From contig OZ024742.1 in the NCBI GenBank assembly GCA_964016885.1, positions 26,350,001 through 26,414,000 on the forward strand: DNA of 64,000 nucleotides, given 5' to 3'. How positions within the stretch are numbered: position 1 is the first letter of the stretch; every line of letters begins with the position of its first letter. Below, piece after piece: positions 54,350 to 64,000 of the stretch. The notes beneath the pieces are model-generated. The model saw nothing but the letters and a program-made list of their open reading frames with translations. It was not told where the DNA came from and did no database searches. Source of the DNA: Eledone cirrhosa (Eukaryota). Both the position numbers and the translations under genes were made by a program.

Positions 54350-54940
54350 TGTCATATTTTTTCTGGCTCTGACAGTTGGCTGGTGAGCAGTAAACTGCAC
54401 TGATAAAGGGTAATTACCCAGAAACATTAATGTATGCAATTCTGTTTTACATGCCAACACAAGAGCAAGAATGAGGGGCTCATTCTACTGACATGGCTTA
54501 AAAGAGGCTTGTTTGCATAATTGCAAACGAATCGAATGTTATTATTAATATTCGAAAAACTCAGATTACATATATTGTATACAGTCATGTAGAGCGATAC
54601 TTATTTGTTAGTTATTTGAATATGGCAAAGCCGGCCATTCATCGCTCGTATAAATGAAACTGACTGGCCAGTCTGCTGATATGTGAATCTGACTGATCAG
54701 TCGCTGTATATTTCAGAAAATAACATGTTTTCACTAGCTCTGACAGTGGGCAGGTGAGCAGTAAACTACACTGATGAAGGATAATCATCCAGAAACATTA
54801 GTGTCTGCAGTTCGGTGTTCATGCCAACACAAGAGCAACAAGGAGGTACTCATTCTACTGACATGGCTTAAAGAGACTGTTTTCATAATTCCAAACGAAA
54901 CGAATATTATTATTAATATCCGAAAAATTCAGATTACATT
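54350..54940 (+). repeat. Diverged 371-bp-period dimer, each copy with a hammerhead motif
   Basis: HHRs at 54393-54441 (CTGATAA; GGGT/ACCC) and 54764-54812 (CTGATGA; GGAT/ATCC). Confidence 0.75.
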
Positions 54941-55021
<81 letters not shown>

Positions 55022-55551
55022 TAACTTCAAAATGAAATCATCTACTTCGTATAAATATTTCAATATAGAACCAATATGGTTGTTCAACTTGAAAATAAGC
55101 TAGCTATCCTCATTCACATATCCGCAGAAAAACAACTACAGAAAGAGTTTTTTTTACACCTTTCATAAAAATTAACAATAATATTTTTAATATAACAGGC
55201 TTACATAATTTGTCTGGCTCTCCGAAAATGTAATCATCAGACTGCGCTTGTGTGCAAACGGAATAGTTTTTAATTATATAGAATATATAACGTTTGCACA
55301 TAATTACTCTTTTCTCTCCCTGGTTACAGTCATTGGACTGTGGACCATGCTGAGAAACCGGTTTTGACAGGTTTAGCTGATTGTAATGTCGTAGTTAATT
55401 AATTTGAAGCCTGTAACTTGTTTTAAGGATTATATATATGTAGCACTGCTGTTACGAGGCATAAGAACACAATATATGTAGGGGAGGTGGCGTATTGAAA
55501 TGAATTTAAATTCAACACTGCTTTCATGTGTATGTATATATATATTCATAC

Positions 55552-55663
<112 letters not shown>

Positions 55664-55700
55664 GTGTGTATGTGTTTGTGTATTTCTATATATATGCATA

Positions 55701-55749
<49 letters not shown>

Positions 55750-55849
55750 GCATATATATATACACATATATAATCATACGTGTGAATACAGTGACGGGAT
55801 GTTCTCTACATCTTTGAGTGTGTATTTAATAAATATACAAAGACATTCA

Positions 55850-55885
<36 letters not shown>

Positions 55886-57363
55886 TATACATACATATAT
55901 TGAGTGTGCAAACATATGTATGTATACGTGTATCTATGTATATATGTATAAGTATGTGCGCATATGTATGCGTATGAATATATTTATGAACATATTTAAA
56001 ATAACATATATATATGTACATGAATATATAGACATACCTATCTTAAATTTTCAATTTTTGTGTTGTCAGATTTCCGAAAATAAATGATGTACAGAACATG
56101 TTTTGAAAAACCAAAGAATATCTAAAATAAAATAAGAAAGGAAGAAACAAATAATATGAAATACAGAAAATATAATAAATACTATATAAATATATAAATA
56201 AATATTTCATCAAAATTCTTCCTTGGGTCTTAAACTGAACACCTTGTCCACTCATAGTGTAGTTCATATTTTCAAATATATTACCATAAGGATTAATAAT
56301 TTCTTCACATAAACACACATCTATCCTGTCACAGGATATTCAATACATTCTGATGAGATATTTCGTTATTTTTATATATGTATTGTCTGTAGTTGTAATG
56401 TGTATATTTCAATTTCTCAAACTGACATCTGCCTTTAGCTTAAGCAAATTGTTGTTGAGAGGAGAAAACTTTTATATCTTTCGCAAACTGTTTACACTTT
56501 CTTTGTATTTGTCATGTTAATAAGTTGGTGTCTTTCGTTATGATAAACATAAACTCCCTTTGCATAAGTTGTTCGCGAAAAGAAATGCCTAAGGTTTTTC
56601 CTTCCATTTAAAAGTATTTGCAAAATTCTTCAATCTGTAGTCAGTCAATGTCTCGGTGTAATATGAAGAATAAAAATGTTTACCCTTGAGGTATATTGAG
56701 TGAATAATTTAAGAATATCTCAAACATATTGTTAGATAACTTGATGATTTCTATCTTGGAAGCTTGTCAACGCTTTCAAAAGAAACCATTCTAGATTCCC
56801 TTGTAAAGCACAGCAAGTTTTCTTCTGCGGCAAGTTTTCATATATATCGATTTGCTGATATCACTTACTGGTTTCTTCCCTCATAGAATATTTGATTGGG
56901 AGTTGAGATTTCGCTACAAACATTTTCGAAAATCTTGATTGGACAGTCACAATATATGTCGCTTCTTTTTCTTATATTTTTCTTCCATTTTACTTTATAT
57001 ACACACACAAACACACACACAAAATACACCCATACACACAATTATATATATATATATATATATATTCTTTTCTCTATTATATCTTTGATGGAAGTAAATT
57101 AACTATATGATCAGTATTCAGGAGATGGCTATTTCAAATATTAAAGGTATAATCAATTCGATAGTATTCAGACTGTGTCACCTTAACATATTGATAGAAA
57201 AAATAGTTTCTCAGTAAATTTGTGGAAAACATTAATACATTTGAATAACCAGAATGCATCTAAATACATAGGAGATACGCCTAGATCCATGCACGCATTC
57301 ATACGCAATCACACAAACACGCACACAGACATAGACACGTAGATGTATAGACACATTTATGTA

Positions 57364-57415
<52 letters not shown>

Positions 57416-57452
57416 TATGAATATATATATATATATACATTTATATATATAT

Positions 57453-57520
<68 letters not shown>

Positions 57521-57711
57521 ATATATATACACATATATATATAATAAAATACAAATGTATGCATTAAATGTTTACATCCATCATCATATACATAACTAGA
57601 GTTGTGCACACATGTAAATATAGTCAAAACGCCACATGAAAACCTCATATATATGCATGTGGATCTGTATATATATGTATATATATATACATTTATATAT
57701 ATATGTTTATA

Positions 57712-57807
<96 letters not shown>

Positions 57808-57839
57808 TATATGTATATATATATATATATATATGTATG

Positions 57840-57876
<37 letters not shown>

Positions 57877-57928
57877 GTGCATACACACATAGCATATAAA
57901 ATATAGAATATATAAATATGTTAAACAA

Positions 57929-58014
<86 letters not shown>

Positions 58015-58020
58015 ACACAC

Positions 58021-58077
<57 letters not shown>

Positions 58078-58207
58078 TACATAGATATATGCATACATAC
58101 ATATATATATATACATGTGTTTAACATTTTTATACATTATATACTCTATATTCTATATTCTATATTCTATGTGTGTATGTGTGTATATATATATATATAT
58201 ATTTACA

Positions 58208-58267
<60 letters not shown>

Positions 58268-58919
58268 AACATACATATACATATATACGCACATATATAT
58301 ATATATTGATAGAAATTGTTCGTATCTATATAGAAGATGATTTAGGTAGAGTAAAAAGAAATAATGCTGATGTTTGTACGGGAGGCTAATTACTTGGAAT
58401 TTTCCAATTATTGAAGTGTCAGAAAGTTATACAACATATTCTGTTATCTCTGATGGAATTTTACAGAATTGTAATAGCTCTATTGAAACAGACTACTGTT
58501 ATATTTTCTCATTTAAACAGTGCTGATACTGACTGGGGATAAATCTGATGTTATACTCTATGGTTATACAAACGTTGCTGATATATACATATTTACTAAC
58601 ATCTCCATATACAGGCATTAGTAATATATAATATATAAGCTGGTCATACATACTAGATACACTAGTAGTATTATATTATTTTCTTTTGTATATATACCTT
58701 ATTTTACTTCTTATTCGCACATTCTTTTTGTCTCTCTTTTTATCAGCTGGAGTCTTAGAAGTATCTCTACTCCAGCCTGTGTAGTCATATCTGGTGGCAC
58801 ACCTGAATAGTGGAGTCTCCATCCTCCATCCAAATCTACGTTGTCGGAGCCACGGACCTTTGTTGAGGGAACTCCGACCATATCTAGCCGTGAGCATATA
58901 GCCTCACCTATTAGTTCTT

Positions 58920-59095
58920 TCTACTTAGCCGTACGGGTTGTGATGCTCCAGGTTCCAATTGTTAAGATTTGCTCCTTTCCGGACCCTCTGTGTGTCGATA
59001 AAATAACGTACCTGTCACACAGTGAGATCGATATAATCGACTTACCCTCCCCCAAAAAGATTGCTGGCCTTGTGCCTAAATTAGAAACCATTATA
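58920..59095 (+). mobile_element. Diverged SINE family A-like copy
   Basis: GTCGATAAAATAA.GTACC...ATCGACTTACCCTCCCC...GCTGGCCTTGTGCCTAAATTAGAAAC. Confidence 0.55.
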
Positions 59096-59764
59096 GTTAT
59101 GCACAGAAACATGCGTGAACGCAGGTTATTAATGTTCAATTCCAGGTGACCACATCAGAACATAGGAGGAAATTGAAAACAAATATCAAAATATATTGAG
59201 TGAAGATCGATTTTGGCTGATAATGATCAATGCTCTTTAACAATAAAATAATATCAGAAACAGAAATTTAATTGAGTGCATTTTTAATAACATTACATTC
59301 GATATATATATATGAGTTCATCCGGCAATTATTGATATAGCCCGAGTGGAAAGGCCTTCTCGGTAATATAGGGAGGACAAAAGGGAGAAGGCACTTGCGT
59401 TTTGTGATACTCAGAGATATCTATAATAATATATGCTCCGACTTGAATTACTTACATTCACCTTTGAATAAGGTAATTTTCTCCCGAAATATTAAGAACT
59501 AATTAGACCCTGCCTGGCTATATAGCAACACCATTGGCCTCGGTAAATTTAAAACTCACTGTCCTATTTAAATTGCACAGCTTCGAAAACCACAGTTTTA
59601 TACATGATTAAATAAATAATAAATAGAAAATAAATAATAAAAATGAGGATATCATATTCTACGTCATGAGGTATCTTTATTTATTTATTTGTTGCTTCTT
59701 TGTTGCCTTGTTGTTTTGTTGGAGAGTTTTTTTTTTTTTACATTTCTACTCTTGATGTATTTGC

Positions 59765-60386
59765 TAACATCATCACCATAATCGTCACTGTTAAGACCAT
59801 AATCATTGTCATCGTCACCAGCACCACTATTACCCCCTCCTCCTCCTCCTCCTCATCATCATCATCATCCTCATCATCATCACCATCATGAATACCATCA
59901 GCACCACCAACATCGCCATTATCACCATCACAACCATCATCAACACCATCATCAACACCATCAACATCGTCATCACTATCGTCACCATCATAGACACCGT
60001 CATCAACACCAGCACCAACGTCACCACTATCGTCTCCACCACCAACATTGTCACCAACACCGCAATCAACATCAACATGAACACCATCATGAACACCACC
60101 ACCACCACCTTCATCTTTATCGTCACCACCACCATCATCATCACCATCACCATAGTTATAACGCTAGTTCTCATATATATTGTGTACATATTTTTATAGT
60201 AATTACATCTGTTGTTGATATTCTTGATATTGATAATGTTTTCATTATTGTTATTGTTGTTGTTGTTACTGTTGTATTTATTAATGTTGCTGTTGTTGTT
60301 GTTGTTGCTGTTGTGGATGTTGTTGTTGTTGTTGTTGTTGTTGTGGTGGTGGTGGTGGTGGTGGTGGTTGTTGTTGTTGTTGTTAT
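59765..60386. repeat. (CAT/CAC)n followed by (GTT/GGT)n low-complexity tracts
   Basis: Direct reading. Confidence 0.85.
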
Positions 60387-60574
60387 TCAAATATATTTAT
60401 TTCAGTTCACTCTTTGATATTTCTCAAATCTATATTAAAGAGACATATATGAAACATCGAGAGAGATAGAGGGAGAGAGATAGAGAGAGAGATAGAGAGA
60501 GTGAATAGTGAGAGAGAAAAGTACACACACACTCATATACATAAATGATATATATGTATATATATATATGTATT

Positions 60575-60606
<32 letters not shown>

Positions 60607-60629
60607 CACTCACGCACACACACCCACAC

Positions 60630-60677
<48 letters not shown>

Positions 60678-60852
60678 GAAGACTGAGACATAGAGGGAAG
60701 ATGAATAAAGAGAGAAAAAGAGAAGGTGAGATGGAGAGAGAGAGAGGGAAAATTTTGATCGTTGAAAGTATTCCGTTAATTTTGGTCTGTGTAGTTTTCA
60801 TATTTCTTTTCATCCTCGTATATAGATATATATATATGTGTGTGTGTATATA

Positions 60853-60986
<134 letters not shown>

Positions 60987-61233
60987 CATATGTGTGTGTG
61001 TATGTACGTACATATGCATGTGTGTGTGCGTGTCTCTGACTGTATGCATTTATGTATATGTTCGAATACGTCCTTTTGACTGTGTATGTATCAGCATATA
61101 TGCGTAGGTGTATTCGGTGTGAGGCTATATTGCCAGGAATTTTTTCTTCATTATTCATTAAAATTTTCTAAATTTAAATACATTTGAGACGAGTTTATTC
61201 TGGAAAGATATATTTCCTCAAAAAAGACAAATT

Positions 61234-61335
<102 letters not shown>

Positions 61336-61539
61336 TATGTGTGTGTGTCTGTGTGTATATACAAACACACACACACACACATATATGTGTGTGTGTCTGT
61401 GTGTATATACAAACACACACACACACACATATATGTGTGTGTGTGTGTGTGTATACAAACACATATATATCATTTTTAAAGATGAATACATATATAAATA
61501 TTCAAATATTCATATATATATACTGTATATGTATGTGTG

Positions 61540-61624
<85 letters not shown>

Positions 61625-62067
61625 ATGTATATATGACTATATGTCTGTGCGCGTGTGTGTGTGCGTGTCTGTGTGTGTGTGTGTGAGTATACTCCGGGTG
61701 TATAATTTCAAATTTCTCGCCAGTAAAGGACATTTCTCTGAGTCAGAAACATATGTATGCAAGTATGTATGTATGTGTGTATGTATGTATGTATGTATGC
61801 ATGTGTGTATGTATGTATGTATGTGTATGTGTATGTGCGAGTATGTTTGTGTGTATCATTGTATGTTACTATTTATGTATGTATGTACGTATGTTTGTAT
61901 GTATGAATGCTTTTATGTACATTTGTATATATGTATGAATAAATTCATGTATGTATACATCTTTAATCATCTTCATATGTAAGTATGCGTGAGTATGTGT
62001 CGTTTTTTTTGTGTATTGGATATATACGTGTGTTTTTTGTTTATGTGGAAACATACGAATGTGTGTG

Positions 62068-62158
<91 letters not shown>

Positions 62159-62844
62159 AGATATGTGTATATATCTAGATATAGGTATACGAATATATAT
62201 GTGTGTGTGTGTATATATGGTGGTATGCAAGTTTGGGGGTCGTTTTTAAGGTGAAGTTCAAATGATAATATATAGAAATTGAAGATGCATTGACGAAAGA
62301 CGTGTAAACATAAATTGGTTTACAAATTAGTAAGATGAAAGGAATTATTTCCCGATGTTATTTCTTGTAGAAATGGCTGTCAATATATAGACGAAATCAC
62401 TTAACACTGTCATAGTCAACCTTCAACCAAGCAACTAATCAAGCAGCTAGCCACACAACCAACAAACCAACCAATCAACTGGCGTTATTGCACCCCTCAC
62501 AACTTATCTACTCCAGAATACTTACCTATATAGCTTTCTACTTCTATCTATATACTAACACACATACTGAGTTACACGCCAACATATACACACACTCTCT
62601 CTCTCTCTCTCTCTCTCTATCTCTTTCTATCTATCTCTATCTCTATCTCTTTCAATATATCTATCTATCTCGATATCTCTCTCACTCTCTCTTTCTCCTG
62701 CCCCCTCCCACCACACGGATGTATCTATGTATGTATATATATGCGTGTATGTGTGTATGTGTGCATGTAAATATGTTTATATATAAACAGACACACACAC
62801 GCGCGCCCAAACACACACATACGCACACACACAAACACATGCAC

Positions 62845-62877
<33 letters not shown>

Positions 62878-63839
62878 GATAGAGAGAGAGAGACAGAGAG
62901 AGACAGAGAGAGATAAATAGAGAGATAGATAGTGGGGGAGACATTTATTGATAGATAAATAGATAGATTGATATGTAAATAGATAGATAGATAGATTTGT
63001 TGGTAGATAAATAGATAAATTATATTGATAGGTAGATAGGTAAGTAGGTAGGTTGGTAGATAAATAGACTGATTGATTTATTAATAGGGAAATATACAGA
63101 CAGATAGATAGATGCATAAATAGATAAATAAATAGATACCTAAATAGATAAATAAATAGAATGATTGATTTATTAATTGGGAAATAGAAAGATAGATAGA
63201 TAGATTGATAGATAGATGCATAAATAGAGAGATGTGAAGATAGGTAGATTGATAGATAGACACTTACTTTTGCCGGCACTTAAAATATCCTTTGTTCTAA
63301 TTCACATGATAATGTGAAACCACTCCTGCAGACTGTCGATTCTACATCATTCCTCAGCACGTTTATGTCCTCGGTAACCCTACTCCAGGCAACATTGCTG
63401 ACAATTGATTAATCTGAGGTCCTTCCGTGTCACTTCGCATATTCATTCTTAGAAAATTTGCCAAGGTTGCCTTTTGAATGATGTCCAAATATTTCAGTGA
63501 AAAATAACATACTTTGTTAAATCAACCAATTAATCATAACTGAGTAAAATTTATCATTAATGAACATATTCTTTTGACTGAGAAATCAAGAAAAGGATTA
63601 CTAGAGACATGTGTGAGGAATGACTCTTACCTTTAATAAATATGGTTGTAACTGCAATGTCATAGTATAGAATGGAATGGTCCTGTAATTCCTGAGAGAG
63701 TCGTGGAGCGCCGTAGTGTCATAGAGCGTATCTTTGGCATTTTACCCCTGACGCAGCAAACTCTCTTCAATTCTTAACATAGCAGATTTCTCTTGAAGAA
63801 TATAGAGTGATAAGAGGAAGTAAGAAAGGGAGATAGAAG

Positions 63840-63995
63840 GAGGATCGACCTCAGTATTATACTGGTACTATTTATATCGACCACCAAATGAAGAAAGGTA
63901 AAGTTAACCTCTGTGTTGATTTGAACACAAAGTGCAGAGAGTCGGAACGAATACCGCAAAGCATTCCGTCCAACGTTCTAACGACTCTGCCAATT
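63840..63995 (-). mobile_element. Diverged SINE family A-like copy
   Basis: ACTGGTACT.TTTATATCGAC...AAAGG.AAAGTTAACCTC..GATTTGAAC. Confidence 0.6.
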
Positions 63996-64000
63996 AACAG

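Noticed and set aside
56341-56386. CAATACAT..CTGATGA...ATGTATTG
   Set aside because: GAAA half of the core is absent; too decayed
58746-58890. Exon-like segment after a strong polypyrimidine-AG
   Set aside because: Stop codons in all three frames; cannot support a CDS

Overview
AT-rich eukaryotic repeat DNA with very dense (TA)n, (CA)n, (TC)n and (TAG)n microsatellites and no host gene I can confidently support. The SINE family resembles those of octopod cephalopods (inference). Most short ORFs in the track are microsatellite artefacts. Recognisable elements are two tandem L1/Tx1-type LINE 3' parts, RTE-like LINE fragments (one 5'-inverted), three Penelope-like elements (PLE; RT plus C-terminal GIY-YIG) with further relics, a DD37D Tc1/mariner, a mariner relic, a non-autonomous Helitron, a hAT-like MITE and many tRNA-derived SINEs. 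The main signal is non-coding: about 20 intact or degenerate minimal type I hammerhead ribozyme (HHR) motifs. They include two young retrozyme-like tandem arrays embedded in (TA)n (465-bp unit at 38.8-41.0 kb; 310-bp unit at 44.9-46.75 kb, folding back inside HHR stem II), an older 371-bp dimer and several monomers. Two families share an octamer-containing module upstream of the ribozyme, and three share an AACA loop II. The picture suggests a (TA)n-targeting PLE/retrozyme (self-cleaving, possibly circular RNA) system. Coordinates of degenerate elements are approximate.
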